A stretch of 58,887 bases of DNA from Armatimonadota bacterium (GCA_037445735.1 JBBIJY010000018.1:1-58887), one strand, 5' to 3'. Counted from the stretch's first letter, positions 30,855-42,752 are shown. Numbers and translations are program-made. Notes: generated from the letters alone by a model not told the origin.

Positions 30855-32306
30855 CTATCGCAGGAGCGACAGCACCGATTGCGGGATGTTGTTCGCCTGT
30901 GCCAGCACCGCCATGCCCGATTGCATCAGGATCTGCTGGCGTGTGAGGGCAGTGATCTCGGTGGCGAAGTCGGCATCGCGAATGGTCGATTCGCTGGCGC
31001 TGACATTTTCGCGTGCGACATTCAGCGAGCGAATGTTGCTCTCCAGCACATAGCGCTGGAAGGAGCCGATGTCGCCCCGAATGCGGGACACCTGCTGGAT
31101 GGCAGCGTCGATGATGCGCAGCGCGGTGTCGGTCTGATCCTGTTGCGTTACATCGATATCGGCGAGGCTTTTGCCCGCCACCACGCTGGTGCCGAGCTTG
31201 TTGGCGTGAATATCGATGAGGGAGAATCGCACGAACTGCCCGCTGTTGGCGCCGACCTGGAACTGGAGCTGCCCTGCGCTCACATAGGCGACGCTGTTGG
31301 TGCCTGTGGCGATGTTGCCCTGCTCGGTGAGCAGCAGCACATTGCCGTAGGCGTCGGAAACGCGCAGCCCCGAATCGCCCACGCCACGCCCGCCCGTGAA
31401 CAGCACTGCGGTCAAGCCGGCACTGGTGCTCGCCTGCACATTGACCACCGCGTCGGTTCCCGCCACCTGCGCACTGGTGCCCGCTGTGGCGACGAAACCT
31501 GCCGTGTCGTGCATGATGATACGGTACTGCGAGCCATAGTCGCGCTGGCGTAGCCGAATCACATAACTGCCGTTTGCGAAGGACGCCTCCGCCACCACGC
31601 CCGTGAGGTTGGAAACCGCGTTCACCTTGTTGAGGAAGGTCTCCAGGGTGTCGCTGCTCTCAGCAGTGATGGTATTCCCGTTAATAACGATATTGCCCGT
31701 GCGCCCCATTTGCGAGGTGAGGAAGGCATAGGTGACGCCTCCTGCATAGATGGCACGAGTCGCCTGCGTAACAACGCTGATTTCAATATAGCCGGTGGTG
31801 GTCGGCAGCCCTGCAAAGGTACCGCCAATAAACACACCTGCCAGCAAGTTCGCGTTGGTGATCTGCGCGGAGATGCCTGAGGTGCCGTCCAGCAGCTTCT
31901 TGGTGCCGAAAGCGGTCTGATCGGCGATGCGATTGATGCTGTCGATCAGGGCGCGGATCTGGGTCTGGTCAGCCAGCAGCGCGTTGTAGTCGTTGACGCC
32001 CGTGTTGGCGGCGTGCAGCACGAGCTGGCGCATGGTGCGCAGCGCGTTATGCACCTCATCCAGGGCGGCTTCCGCCGTTTTGAGCATGTTGGTGGCGTCC
32101 TGCGCATTGTTGATGGCTTGCTGCAGGCTGGCGATTTGCGCCCGCAGGTTCTCCGAAATAATCAGTCCTGCCGGGTCATCCGCCCCGCGATTGACCCGCA
32201 GCCCCGATGCCAGCCGCTCAATCGTGCGCCCCAGCAAATCGGAAGTCTGGGTCAGATTCCTCAACGCATTCATCGCCTGAATATTGGTATTGATCCTCAG
32301 GCTCAT
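30855..32306 (-). CDS. fliC: Flagellin
   Basis: MSLRINTNIQAMNA...LASGLRVNRGADDPAGL; ...SESTIRDADFA...AVLAQANNIPQSVLSLL. Confidence 0.96.
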   Translation of the reverse strand: MSLRINTNIQAMNALRNLTQTSDLLGRTIERLASGLRVNRGADDPAGLIISENLRAQIASLQQAINNAQDATNMLKTAEAALDEVHNALRTMRQLVLHAANTGVNDYNALLADQTQIRALIDSINRIADQTAFGTKKLLDGTSGISAQITNANLLAGVFIGGTFAGLPTTTGYIEISVVTQATRAIYAGGVTYAFLTSQMGRTGNIVINGNTITAESSDTLETFLNKVNAVSNLTGVVAEASFANGSYVIRLRQRDYGSQYRIIMHDTAGFVATAGTSAQVAGTDAVVNVQASTSAGLTAVLFTGGRGVGDSGLRVSDAYGNVLLLTEQGNIATGTNSVAYVSAGQLQFQVGANSGQFVRFSLIDIHANKLGTSVVAGKSLADIDVTQQDQTDTALRIIDAAIQQVSRIRGDIGSFQRYVLESNIRSLNVARENVSASESTIRDADFATEITALTRQQILMQSGMAVLAQANNIPQSVLSLLR

Positions 32307-32357
32307 CGGTTAGACCCCCTTGCATTGCGGGCAGCCCCGCAATTTTGCTGATGGCGA

Positions 32358-32385
32358 TTATCGGCAGAGGGGCCCCGCATCTTTA
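32358..32385 (-). promoter_or_regulatory. Sigma28 (FliA/SigD) promoter of flagellin
   Basis: Minus strand TAAA-16 nt-GCCGATAA. Confidence 0.85.
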
Positions 32386-34005
32386 GGGGGTTCGGTCGGG
32401 CATCATCGCCTGCACAATCGCAGCGAGTTCCTGCCCGTTGTGGCATTCGCGCACGGCGTCGGCAAGCGTCTGCATAAAGGCGTGATACCGCTCGTGCCAC
32501 TGGCGGTAGGCAAGCGCGATTCGGTTGCGGCTGTGGGGTGGCAGCGCGGGATAGACGGGGCGCAACTCCGCCTTGAGCAGTTCAATCTGCTCGCGATAGG
32601 GCGCCAGTGCCTGCTCCATCTCGCCCCGGAGATGATGATACTGCCGATAAAGCGCCTGATAGCGGCGAATGGCGACCCATGCCTGCTGGTCAGCGGGCGG
32701 GGTGGGCGAAGCGGGCTTGCTCTCGGAACCCTCCTGCAGGATAGCCGTCGCTGGGGTCTCGCGCTCGCGCGGTTCATGCGCCGGCTCGCCCGGCGCTGCC
32801 CGCGCTCGCTGGGCGCGTTCACGCTCATCCTGCGTGAGGCGAGCCGCCACCCAGTGCCCCATCGGTTTGGCTCGCCCCTCCAGAAAGCCCTCCAGCATCG
32901 CGCAAGCCAGCAACGGCAGCATCAGCAGCATCGTCGCCAGCATCACTAGCGAGACCCAGCCACTGGATGCGCTCGCTGAACGCGCCAGATTGACCAGCAG
33001 CAGCCACCCGGGCGCCAGCGCGAGCAAGGTCAGCAGCAGCCCGATGCCGACGCCCCACGCTGCAAGGCGCGACTTGCTGGCACTCCAGCCGAACAGGTGA
33101 TAGAGTTCGGCGACAACCGCCATCGCGCCCCATAACACGCGCGTCCACAGATATGCCAGCGCGATGCCTGTCAGCGATGCCAGCGCCGTCAGGATCGGCT
33201 CACGGATGGGTTGACCGGGCACAACCAGCCCCACAATCAGCGCGAGCATCAGCCCCAGCCCCGCGCCCGCGACCACGATTAGCGCCCACCACAGGGCTGG
33301 GGGAACCAGCCGTCCCTGATAGTGCGGCAGGTTCTGCTCATGAATCACTTCCGAGGGGGTCAGCGGGGGCGGTTCAGGCGGTTGCACGATGGACAGTGCG
33401 GGCAGGTTCGGCTCGGTTCGGGGCGCGGGCGGCAGTGTCGCACCCGCCCCGGCAGGGCTGGCGCTGCTCATGGGCGATTGAGTGGGGCTATTCGCGGTGA
33501 ACGCCTCCTCGCTCAGCGGGTCGCCGCGCAGGTTGATGCCCGCCTGCGCCGCCTGCTCGTAAGCCTCGCGCCACGCCCTGTACAGCTCCTCCCGCAGGGC
33601 GTCGAGTTCGGGTTGCCATCGCTGGCGGATGGGTTCCATCTGCTGCTCGATGGCGCGAATCTGCTCGCGGAGGATGTCGTTGCGCCCCTCCGATTCCGCC
33701 CGCTCCTGCACAAAGCGTGCCTCCTCCTGCTCGCGTATCTGCCGATAACGCTGATAGGCGACACGAATCTCCTCATAGAGGGAGATGAGCAGGTTCGCCT
33801 TCGCCAGATTGACCTGCTTGATCTGTTCAATCAGCGGTTTCCAGCCGCTCTGCTCATACGGCACATCCTCAAAAACGGGTTCACGCAGCCACCCCTCCTG
33901 CTCGTACCAGGGCGTGCCGTCGCTGCCCGCCGCCGTCTGATGAGGCAGGTTGAACATAACAGACCACTCCACCCGCATGATACCCGCCTCAGGGTGTGCA
34001 TGCAT
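32383..34005 (-). CDS. Hypothetical membrane protein (coiled coils flanking ~4 TM helices)
   Basis: 540-aa ORF abutting the upstream gene; exact start uncertain. Confidence 0.75.
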   Translation of the reverse strand: MHAHPEAGIMRVEWSVMFNLPHQTAAGSDGTPWYEQEGWLREPVFEDVPYEQSGWKPLIEQIKQVNLAKANLLISLYEEIRVAYQRYRQIREQEEARFVQERAESEGRNDILREQIRAIEQQMEPIRQRWQPELDALREELYRAWREAYEQAAQAGINLRGDPLSEEAFTANSPTQSPMSSASPAGAGATLPPAPRTEPNLPALSIVQPPEPPPLTPSEVIHEQNLPHYQGRLVPPALWWALIVVAGAGLGLMLALIVGLVVPGQPIREPILTALASLTGIALAYLWTRVLWGAMAVVAELYHLFGWSASKSRLAAWGVGIGLLLTLLALAPGWLLLVNLARSASASSGWVSLVMLATMLLMLPLLACAMLEGFLEGRAKPMGHWVAARLTQDERERAQRARAAPGEPAHEPRERETPATAILQEGSESKPASPTPPADQQAWVAIRRYQALYRQYHHLRGEMEQALAPYREQIELLKAELRPVYPALPPHSRNRIALAYRQWHERYHAFMQTLADAVRECHNGQELAAIVQAMMPDRTP

Positions 34006-36507
34006 CTAACGCAAACATTCAGCGACGAGATGAGCATACTGCTCCATCAGGTGGCGAGCATCGGTTTCATCGGGCGCCTCAGCGTAGAGGTGGATCAGCG
34101 GCTCGGCGGAATCGGGTAGCAGGAGCACCCATGCGTCGGGGCGGGCATAAATTTTCAAGCCGTCGATGGTCTCCACACGCCCCTGCACGCGCTGGGCAAT
34201 CGCGCGCATCACGCGCCCCTTCTGCTCCCACGCGCACGGGAGGCTCTGGTGCAGTTGCACAAAGGGCGGTATCTGGTCGCGGATCTCGGCGAGGCTGCAG
34301 TTGGACTGCTGGGCGGCTTCCAGCAGGCGCACATAGGCGAACATCGCGTCAAACCCCGGATGGAAATCAGGGAAGATGAACCCGCCGTTCAAATCGCCGG
34401 CGAGCAGCAACCGTTCCGCCTGCTCCACCGCCGTCGCGGTCAGCGAGCGCACATCGGCGCGCGTGCGCACGACCTCTACCCCGAACGGCTCCACCAGCGG
34501 CTCCAGCGCGGCGGGCGCATGCACGGGCACGGCAATCGCGCCGCCACCCTGCACCCGCGCCATCAGCACAGCGAACACCATCAGCAGCATGGCGCCCTCA
34601 ATCGGGCGCCCGCGCTCGTCGATCACGGTCAACCGCTCGCCCTCATTCTCCATCAGCATCCCGCAGTCCGCGTTCAGTGCCTGCACAATCTGGCGCAGGG
34701 TGCCCGTGAACGCTTCATGCTCCGACGGCGTGCGCGGCGTGCGCACAGGGTCGGGATAGGCGTTCAGCGCAATCACCTCATAGCCCAGCTGACCCAGAAT
34801 CGCCGGGTAGATATTCGCCACACGGCTGAAAGCGAAATCTGCCACGATTCGAAGCCGCCGCCCGCCCAGCGGCAACTTCAGCAACTGGAAGAACTGATCC
34901 TGATACTGCTCGATCGCGCGTGAGGCGAAATGGATTGTGCCGACCGCTTCCGGGTCGCTGCGGGCGAAGTCCTCCCGAAAGAAGAGATGCTCGATTTTGC
35001 GCTCGTTGCGTCGGGGCAGATAGCTTCCGCGCCTGTCGAAAAACTCCACCAGCGTCATGCGGCTGTTGTTCGGTGCGACGCGGATGTTCACCCCGCCCGC
35101 CGCGCCCGATGTGCGAATCGTGAAGCGGGTGATCGGCAGCGGCATCGCCCGCAAATCCAGCACATCGACGCCTGTCGACAGCACGCCCGCGATAAATGCC
35201 CGCTTGAGCATCCGCGACGCGCGAAAGGTGTCGCGGGCGACCACCACCGTCGAACCGCGCGCGAGCGAGGAGCCGTACGCCGCGCCCAGCTTCGTCGCCA
35301 GCTCCGGCGTGATCTCAATATTCGACAGCCCCGACACACCCAGCTCATGAAACAGCGCACCCCGCCAGCGCGCGCCCCACACCAGGCTCATCGTCACCGT
35401 CGAACCGCTCTCGATGTATTTATCTGGCCAGAGCTTCACGCGCGGGCGCAAAGTGCTATCGCGCTCGATATGGCAGCGGTCGGCGACCACCGTCTCTTCC
35501 TGCAGCTGCACATTCTCTTTGATGATGACGCCTGTGCCCACAATCGCGCCCTGCAGATGGCTGCCCGCCCCGATGTAGGTGCGATCCCATACCACGCTGT
35601 GCGTGATAATCGCGTCGCGCTCCACGATGCAGTTGTCGCCCAGCACGCTGAAGGGTCCCAGCGTGGCGCCGCCGCGAATATGGCAGTTGCTGCCGATGCA
35701 CACAGGCGGCACAATCTGCACATCGGTCTCAATCGTTGTGTTCGCGCCGACTCGCACGCCCGGCATCGTCTCGGTGCCCGGCAGCGTCAGTTTCGCCCTG
35801 CCTGTGAGCAAATCGTGGTGCGCATCGCGATACTGCTGGAGCGAGCCGATGTCGCTCCAGTATTCGCTCATCACATAGCCGTACAGCGGCTTGCCCTCGC
35901 GCAACAGCAACGGGAACAGGTCCTGGCTGAAATCGTACGGCTTGCCCGCCTCCATGTAATCAAAAATCTCCGGCTCCAGAATATAGATGCCTGTGTTAAC
36001 GGTATCGGAGAACACCTCGCCCCAGGAGGGCTTCTCTAAGAATCGCGTGATGCGTCCCGTTTCGTCGGTGATGACCACGCCGAACTCCAGCGGGTTGGGC
36101 ACGCGGGTCAGAATCAGCGTTGCGAGTGCGCCGCGCTCGCGATGGAACTCCAGCGCGGGTTGCAAATTCACATCGGTCAGCGCGTCGCCGCTGATAATCA
36201 AAAAAGTGCCGTCCTGCAGCAGATGTTCCGCCTGCTTGACGCTGCCTGCTGTGCCCAGCGGTGTGTCCTCGATGGAGTAGAACAGGCTCATATCCCAGTC
36301 GCTGCCGTCGCCGAAGTAGCCCTGGATGGCGTCCGCCAGATAGTGGAGCGTCGCCACCACAAAGGTGATGCCCTGCGCCCGCAACAGCAGCAGAATATGC
36401 TCCATAATCGGGCGGTTGCACACGGGCACCAGCGGCTTGGGACGGTTCGCCGTGATGGGGCGCAGGCGCGAGCCTTCGCCCCCTGCCATCACCACTGCCT
36501 TCATCAC
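34006..36507 (-). CDS. Bifunctional mannose-1-phosphate guanylyltransferase / phosphomannomutase-like protein
   Basis: [31 protein letters not shown], hexapeptide region, C-terminal phosphohexomutase-like domains. Confidence 0.9.
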   Translation of the reverse strand: MMKAVVMAGGEGSRLRPITANRPKPLVPVCNRPIMEHILLLLRAQGITFVVATLHYLADAIQGYFGDGSDWDMSLFYSIEDTPLGTAGSVKQAEHLLQDGTFLIISGDALTDVNLQPALEFHRERGALATLILTRVPNPLEFGVVITDETGRITRFLEKPSWGEVFSDTVNTGIYILEPEIFDYMEAGKPYDFSQDLFPLLLREGKPLYGYVMSEYWSDIGSLQQYRDAHHDLLTGRAKLTLPGTETMPGVRVGANTTIETDVQIVPPVCIGSNCHIRGGATLGPFSVLGDNCIVERDAIITHSVVWDRTYIGAGSHLQGAIVGTGVIIKENVQLQEETVVADRCHIERDSTLRPRVKLWPDKYIESGSTVTMSLVWGARWRGALFHELGVSGLSNIEITPELATKLGAAYGSSLARGSTVVVARDTFRASRMLKRAFIAGVLSTGVDVLDLRAMPLPITRFTIRTSGAAGGVNIRVAPNNSRMTLVEFFDRRGSYLPRRNERKIEHLFFREDFARSDPEAVGTIHFASRAIEQYQDQFFQLLKLPLGGRRLRIVADFAFSRVANIYPAILGQLGYEVIALNAYPDPVRTPRTPSEHEAFTGTLRQIVQALNADCGMLMENEGERLTVIDERGRPIEGAMLLMVFAVLMARVQGGGAIAVPVHAPAALEPLVEPFGVEVVRTRADVRSLTATAVEQAERLLLAGDLNGGFIFPDFHPGFDAMFAYVRLLEAAQQSNCSLAEIRDQIPPFVQLHQSLPCAWEQKGRVMRAIAQRVQGRVETIDGLKIYARPDAWVLLLPDSAEPLIHLYAEAPDETDARHLMEQYAHLVAECLR

Positions 36508-36604
36508 GCCTTAAACCGTTCGCCCCATCGCCACCACTTTCCTGCCTCCGCAACCAGCGGGTACAATCTTACGCATGCATAGAGCGTTATGGAGGTTCAG
36601 ACCG

Positions 36605-37339
36605 ATGAGGACAGGCACGCTGTTGATGGCATGGCTGATACTGTTATTGATGGTTCCCGTTGGGCTGACGGCACAGCGTGGGCGTCTGACCGCCGCGCAG
36701 ATTCTGGATCGAGCGGCGCAATCAGAAGCGCCGCCCAGCGCCCGCGCCCGCATCAAAAGCCTGCGTATCAAAGGACAGGTATCCGTTCCGGCGCAGAATA
36801 TGAACGGTAGCGTCGAAATCTACTGGAAATCGCCCAACAAGCTGCTGGTGGTGCAGAACCTGTCCGGGGTGGGCGAAATCCGTCAGGGTTTTGATGGCAA
36901 GGTCGGCTGGGAGAAAAGTCCGCTTACTGGACTGCGCCGCCTGCAGGGTGCCGAGCTGGAGCAGTTCAAATACACCTCGGACAATAGCGCCGCCGTGCGC
37001 TGGCGCCAGTTCGTGCGCTCGCCAAAACTCAAAGGCACGCAGCAGGTGGGCAACACTCAAACCTATGTGGTGCAGGCGACCACCACCTACGGCGCCAGCA
37101 TCACCTTCTACATCGACACGAAGCAGTTCCTCACCCGCCGTGTCGATACCGAAGTCGCGATGCAGGGCGGCAAAGTGCCCGTGAGCCTCTTTTTTGAAGA
37201 CTATCGCAGGGTGGACGGCATCCATTATCCCTTCCGCACGCGGCAGCAGATGGCAGGACTGGAGATGATTATGCAGTTTCAGCAGGTCCGCCACAATGTG
37301 TCGCTGCCCGATTCGATATTTGCGATGCCGAAAGAGTAG
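36605..37339 (+). CDS. Secreted LolA-like / lipoprotein-sorting fold protein
   Basis: Signal peptide; QGFDGKVGWE, FEDYRRVDGIHYPF, NVSLPDSIFAMP; SD GGAGGT. Confidence 0.7.
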   Translation: MRTGTLLMAWLILLLMVPVGLTAQRGRLTAAQILDRAAQSEAPPSARARIKSLRIKGQVSVPAQNMNGSVEIYWKSPNKLLVVQNLSGVGEIRQGFDGKVGWEKSPLTGLRRLQGAELEQFKYTSDNSAAVRWRQFVRSPKLKGTQQVGNTQTYVVQATTTYGASITFYIDTKQFLTRRVDTEVAMQGGKVPVSLFFEDYRRVDGIHYPFRTRQQMAGLEMIMQFQQVRHNVSLPDSIFAMPKE

Positions 37340-37354
37340 AGGTGGACAGTCATT

Positions 37355-38149
37355 ATGTTAGAGGTTGAGGGGCTGGTCAAGTCGTTCAAGGGTTTCCGCG
37401 CGGTGGATGGCATCAGCTTTCGTGTGGAGGCGGGCGAGATTGTGGGGCTGCTGGGTCCCAACGGGGCGGGCAAGACGACCACATTGCGCTGTATCTGCGG
37501 GATTCTGAAACCCGACGCGGGGCGCATCATCATCGGCGGCTACGATCTCGCCCAGCAGGAGCGCGAAGCCAAGCGCCTGCTCGCCTTCATCCCCGAAACG
37601 CCGAACCCCTACGAACTGCTCACCGTGCGCGAGCATCTGAAGCTGATAGCGATGTGCTACGACACCATGCACCTCTATCATCAGCGTGCGGATGAATTGC
37701 TCGCCCGCTTCGAACTGCTGGACAAGGCGGACGCGCTGGCGGGCACGCTCTCAAAGGGCATGAAGCAGAAGCTGGCAGCGGTGTGCGCGCTGATTCACGA
37801 CGCGAAGGTGTTCCTGTGCGACGAGCCGCTGATGGGCATCGACCCACGCGGGCAATACACGCTCAAGGCGGAACTGCAACGCCTGCGCGACGAGGGCTGT
37901 GCCATCTTCGTCAGCACGCACCAGCTCGACACCGCCGAGCGCCTGTGCGACCGCGTCATCATTATGCACAGAGGTCAGATTCTGGCGGAGGGCACGCTGA
38001 GCGAGCTTCAGGCGCGAGCGCAGATGGCGGGCAGCACGCTGGAAGAGGTGTTCCTGCGCCTGACCGAAGAAGCCGAGACGCCCACCGCCGAGCCAGCTCC
38101 CACCTACGCGCTCGGCTCAACGCGCTCCGAAACTGAACAGCACCAGTAG
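37355..38149 (+). CDS. ABC transporter ATP-binding protein
   Basis: GPNGAGKTT, LSKGMKQK, CDEP, STH. Confidence 0.93.
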   Translation: MLEVEGLVKSFKGFRAVDGISFRVEAGEIVGLLGPNGAGKTTTLRCICGILKPDAGRIIIGGYDLAQQEREAKRLLAFIPETPNPYELLTVREHLKLIAMCYDTMHLYHQRADELLARFELLDKADALAGTLSKGMKQKLAAVCALIHDAKVFLCDEPLMGIDPRGQYTLKAELQRLRDEGCAIFVSTHQLDTAERLCDRVIIMHRGQILAEGTLSELQARAQMAGSTLEEVFLRLTEEAETPTAEPAPTYALGSTRSETEQHQ

Positions 38150-39037
38150 CAGGTCGGCATCGTCCACCACACCGTTCCGATCGATGTCGGTGGGGTGGTT
38201 GCAACCCACCACCCTGCCGAAGTCGAACAGCACGGCGAGCAGATCGGCGTCGTCCACGATGCCGTCCATGTTCACATCGGCGGGCAGGTGGGCGATGCTG
38301 ACCTCAAGGTAGTCGAATCGGGCGACGGGCGCAGGCGCGCCACTACCGCCCGCTGTATCCACATACAGTCCGACCCAACCACCCTGCTGCGCCACCGCCT
38401 GCAGGCTGGCAAACGCGCTCAGCGGGCGAGGCGAACCCTGCAACGGGCGCCAGTAGAGACCGTCCTCACGGTCATAGAAGAAGTGAACCTGATCCGTTGC
38501 AGGGTCGTAGCGAATCAGCAGGCGAACGGTATTGCCTTCAGCTGGCTCCCAGAGGGGGCTGTCCAGCCCCGCCCACTGATAGACGCCGAGCGCCTCATGC
38601 CCGCCACTCACCCGCAGCCGATGGCTCTGGGTCGGGTCGTAAACCAGGTGAAGATTGAAATAGTTGTCCGCATCGGTGAAGACAACAACGCCCGCCTGCA
38701 CATAGGTGCCGCTGACCCCGCCTCTTTCAAGCTGCAGGCGCGTTTCGATTCGCCATTCGCCACGCAGCGGGGGCACGGAAATGCTGGGCAAATTGCGGAT
38801 GCTGTTGTAGCCCTGATAGAGCGTGCCGGGCTGGGCGGTGATTTGCAGGCTATCGCCGTCGAACGCAACACGGCTGCCATCCAGCGTATCGAACGGGTTG
38901 TTGCCCGCCACCTGCCAGCTCCATCGGTCTATCAGCTCGAAGCCATCGCGGAACTCGTCCAGCCATGTCTGGGCGGGTGTCAGTCCGCACAGTATCCCCA
39001 TCAGTCCCAGCAGGCTCGCAAATCGCATCGCCATCAC
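38117..39037 (-). CDS. Secreted ConA-like (DUF1349/beta-xylosidase C-terminal-like) protein with dockerin-like tail
   Basis: Signal peptide; YVQAGVVVFTDADNYF; tail ADVNMDGIVDDADLLAVLFDFG..TDIDRNGVVDDADLLLVLFSFG. Confidence 0.78.
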   Translation of the reverse strand: MMAMRFASLLGLMGILCGLTPAQTWLDEFRDGFELIDRWSWQVAGNNPFDTLDGSRVAFDGDSLQITAQPGTLYQGYNSIRNLPSISVPPLRGEWRIETRLQLERGGVSGTYVQAGVVVFTDADNYFNLHLVYDPTQSHRLRVSGGHEALGVYQWAGLDSPLWEPAEGNTVRLLIRYDPATDQVHFFYDREDGLYWRPLQGSPRPLSAFASLQAVAQQGGWVGLYVDTAGGSGAPAPVARFDYLEVSIAHLPADVNMDGIVDDADLLAVLFDFGRVVGCNHPTDIDRNGVVDDADLLLVLFSFGAR

Positions 39038-39708
39038 CTCAACGGGATGAACTCGAATCGGCTGATAATCACCTCCACCTCACGCCCATCGGTGGGCGGC
39101 TGACCGTTCAGCAGCCACAGATTGATGCGCGGCGTTTCATCGCCGGGTGGCGGCACGAAGCTGCCCGTGTAGACCCACTCGGCAACAAGATCGCCCGTGC
39201 GCGGGGTGTCAACCCGATGCCCACGCAGGCTCTGGAAGGTGATGCGACCTGGCTCCCAGCGGAACCAGTGGAGCGAGCGAGGCGTGTTCGCCAGCCACCA
39301 GAATGCGCGCTGCGGATTACCCGAATCGTGTGGGCGAATCGTGTAGTAGCCGTTGGGCCCCGAAGCGCCCTGAAAGCGGGCGAACTCGATATCGATCTCG
39401 CGATAGCCATACTGGGCGTTGTTGCTCCATGTGAACAGCCCCAGCACCACGCGCGGGTCGAGCGCGTGCACCTCGCTCTCTAAATAGAAGCGATAGGTGC
39501 CGTAGCCGAGCGACTGGGTGTGGATCACCTCGGCGCAGAGCCAGCGACTGCCCTCGCGCGTGATTTTGAGATGCAGTCGCCCCTGCGCGTCCACCCACAC
39601 ATTGCACTCCGAGTCGGAGAAGTAGTTCGGTCCGGGTCCGACGGGCGTGTTATGGCGCTTGACCCGCCACTGCGCTCCTGAAAAAGTGATGGTTCGGCTG
39701 TATTGCAT
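39034..39708 (-). CDS. GH16-like glycoside hydrolase
   Basis: NVWVDAQGRLHL, LGYGTYRF, GLFTW, catalytic REIDIEF. Confidence 0.8.
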   Translation of the reverse strand: MQYSRTITFSGAQWRVKRHNTPVGPGPNYFSDSECNVWVDAQGRLHLKITREGSRWLCAEVIHTQSLGYGTYRFYLESEVHALDPRVVLGLFTWSNNAQYGYREIDIEFARFQGASGPNGYYTIRPHDSGNPQRAFWWLANTPRSLHWFRWEPGRITFQSLRGHRVDTPRTGDLVAEWVYTGSFVPPPGDETPRINLWLLNGQPPTDGREVEVIISRFEFIPLR

Positions 39709-39713
39709 GGGTT

Positions 39714-40526
<813 letters not shown>

Positions 40527-40600
40527 TCGGTTCCACCTCCATCGGGTTTCAGCTGGCAGGGAGACTCGCGCTCCCCACCAGCCATACAGGTGATGCCAAT

Positions 40601-41551
40601 TTAGCAACCTGTGCCGAAGTTGAACAGCACGGTCAGCAGGTCGCTATCGTCAACGGTGCCGTCCAGGTTGGTGTCTTCATCCATGCAGTCGCCTGTGCTG
40701 CCGAAGGCGAACAGCACGGCTAACAGGTCGCTATCGTCCACACAGCCATTGGCGTTGATGTCGCCAGCGGGCGCGACGGGCAGATTGGTCGCGATGTAGT
40801 CGAACTCGAAGGCGTCCCGGTAGCCCCCGCCCGCGTTATCGGTGTAAACACCGACGCGCACACCCGGGTTATTCAACAGGTTGAAAATAGCCTGATACTG
40901 CCAGCTCGACGAGTCGTAGACACCGCCGTTGAAGCCATCGAACAGCACCCAGTCGGGGTCGGTCGAGCGCCGATAGTAGAGATTGATGCGGTCGGTTGCA
41001 GGGTCGTATTCGACCTTCACCCCGATCCAGTTGGTGTCGGGTATCCAGGCGTTGCTGACGCGCTCGCCCCAGGCGAAGTTGTCGTTGGTTTCAATATTGG
41101 TCGAGCCGTACACATTCTGATTGCCGCTGCCAGGGCTGTTCGCGTCGCGGGTCACCAGCAGCTGGAAGTAGTTCGCCGCGTCGGTGAAGACGACCAGTCC
41201 CGCCTGCACATAGTTGTAGTCGGCGAACACGCTCCAGTCGGTGCGGAAGGCGGTCTCGATGTACCAGCCGAAGCCATCGGGTAGAGGGCCCACCACGCGC
41301 AGGTTGGGCACATCCCGATGCGCATTGTAGAAGGAGAACATGCCACCGTCACGCATCTGGATGACCAGCGCCTCGCTGGTGAAGCTCACGGCAGTTGGGT
41401 CCAGGGTACATTCGGGGTTGTTCACGGGGACGCGCCACGACCATCGCAGGGAGGAACTGAACCCGCCGTCGAAGTCATCGCGGGTCTGCACATACGCTGT
41501 GCCCAGCATCATCGCACAGCTCAACGCCATCATCACTGTTCGCACTCTCAT
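40601..41551 (-). CDS. Secreted ConA-like protein with dockerin-like tail (paralog of 38117-39037)
   Basis: [16 protein letters not shown]; tail [47 protein letters not shown]. Confidence 0.78.
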   Translation of the reverse strand: MRVRTVMMALSCAMMLGTAYVQTRDDFDGGFSSSLRWSWRVPVNNPECTLDPTAVSFTSEALVIQMRDGGMFSFYNAHRDVPNLRVVGPLPDGFGWYIETAFRTDWSVFADYNYVQAGLVVFTDAANYFQLLVTRDANSPGSGNQNVYGSTNIETNDNFAWGERVSNAWIPDTNWIGVKVEYDPATDRINLYYRRSTDPDWVLFDGFNGGVYDSSSWQYQAIFNLLNNPGVRVGVYTDNAGGGYRDAFEFDYIATNLPVAPAGDINANGCVDDSDLLAVLFAFGSTGDCMDEDTNLDGTVDDSDLLTVLFNFGTGC

Positions 41552-42630
41552 CGTTTGGAACCTCCTTCACTGGATTGAGGGGAGCCAATACCTGCCCGCA
41601 CAACGGCGCGAGGGGCAATCACGGTATGGCGCACAATTAGCGTGCCTGGCAGCAGGATCGGCTGCGGTGTGCTCTGACCCTGCTCCAGCTGTTGCAGGAG
41701 AATCTGCGCCGCCAGATAGCCGACCTGATACTTATCGTGACGGATGGTGGTCAGATGCGGAATAACGGGCTGGATGAGCGGCTCGTCGTCGAAGCCTGCC
41801 ACTGAGAGGTCTTCGGGGATTCGGATTCCGCGTCGCTCGCACGCCTGAATGAAGCCCGCTGCCATGCCGTCGTTGGCGCAGAGGACGACCGACGGCAGCG
41901 CGGCGCATCGGAGCAACTGCTCGGCAGCCCGCTGACCCGATTCCATCGAGTAGTCGCCCTGCAGGACCCACTCTTCACGCACGGGATAGCCCCATTCACC
42001 CATCACGGCACGGAAAGCGCGCTCACGCTGATGCGCGCTCCAGTGGAGCGGATGCCCCTTCACGAAGCCAATCTCCCGATGTCCCTGCTGCAGAATCCAC
42101 TCCACAAGCAGGCGCATCGCGCCCTCGTTGTCGATATCGACGGCGCTGAGCGAGTAGTTTGCGGGCAGCGTGCTGCCAGCGGCAACGGCGGGCAGAGCCG
42201 AATGCTGACACCACTCCAGCAGAGGGGAGCCAATCGTGGGCGCCAGCAATATGGCGCCGTCGATGGTGCCATTATCGATGCGCCGCCAGAACGAGTCGGG
42301 GTCGGTCACGCGTGGAGAGATAATTTTGACATCGTACTCCAGCGGCTCCAGGTATGCCAGCACACCATCCAGCACATGCTGGGCGTAATCGCTGCGGGTG
42401 ATGCGCGCGTGCGTCGGGTCTAAAATGAAGCCAATCGTACAGGTACGCTGGCGGGCGAGACTGCGTGCCAGATGGTTCGCGCGATAGCCCAGCTCCCGCG
42501 CGGCGGTCAACACCCGCTCGACGGTCTGTGCCTGATAGAGGTGATAGCGCCCCTGCAGAATGTTCGAAGCGGTGGTCAGTGAACATCCCGCCCGTTGCGC
42601 CACCTCCCGCAGCGTCACGCGTCGCTTCAT
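41548..42630 (-). CDS. LacI family transcriptional regulator
   Basis: VTLREVAQRAGCSLTTASNIL HTH, LGYRANHLARSL, IPEDLSVAGFDD. Confidence 0.95.
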   Translation of the reverse strand: MKRRVTLREVAQRAGCSLTTASNILQGRYHLYQAQTVERVLTAARELGYRANHLARSLARQRTCTIGFILDPTHARITRSDYAQHVLDGVLAYLEPLEYDVKIISPRVTDPDSFWRRIDNGTIDGAILLAPTIGSPLLEWCQHSALPAVAAGSTLPANYSLSAVDIDNEGAMRLLVEWILQQGHREIGFVKGHPLHWSAHQRERAFRAVMGEWGYPVREEWVLQGDYSMESGQRAAEQLLRCAALPSVVLCANDGMAAGFIQACERRGIRIPEDLSVAGFDDEPLIQPVIPHLTTIRHDKYQVGYLAAQILLQQLEQGQSTPQPILLPGTLIVRHTVIAPRAVVRAGIGSPQSSEGGSKR

Positions 42631-42644
42631 CGCTATCCCCTGTA

Positions 42645-42715
42645 TGGAAACGCTTCCACAATATGCGCCTTTTTACATCTTGCTCCGTACCAGCCAGCCC
42701 GTGAAAGCGCTTCCA
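42645..42715. promoter_or_regulatory. Two LacI-family operators
   Basis: TGGAAACGCTTCCA (42645-42658) and TGAAAGCGCTTCCA (42702-42715): CG-centred palindromes between promoter and start codon. Confidence 0.8.
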
Positions 42716-42722
42716 TAACCCT

Positions 42723-42752
42723 ATTATATCCCATCGAGGGGCAGTTTGTCAA
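42723..42752 (-). promoter_or_regulatory. Consensus sigma70 promoter of the LacI operon
   Basis: Minus strand TTGACA-18 nt-TATAAT. Confidence 0.85.

Noticed and set aside
41088-41095. GTTTCAAT (reverse complement of ATTGAAAC)
   Set aside because: Isolated 8-mer inside an intact CDS without the rest of the repeat
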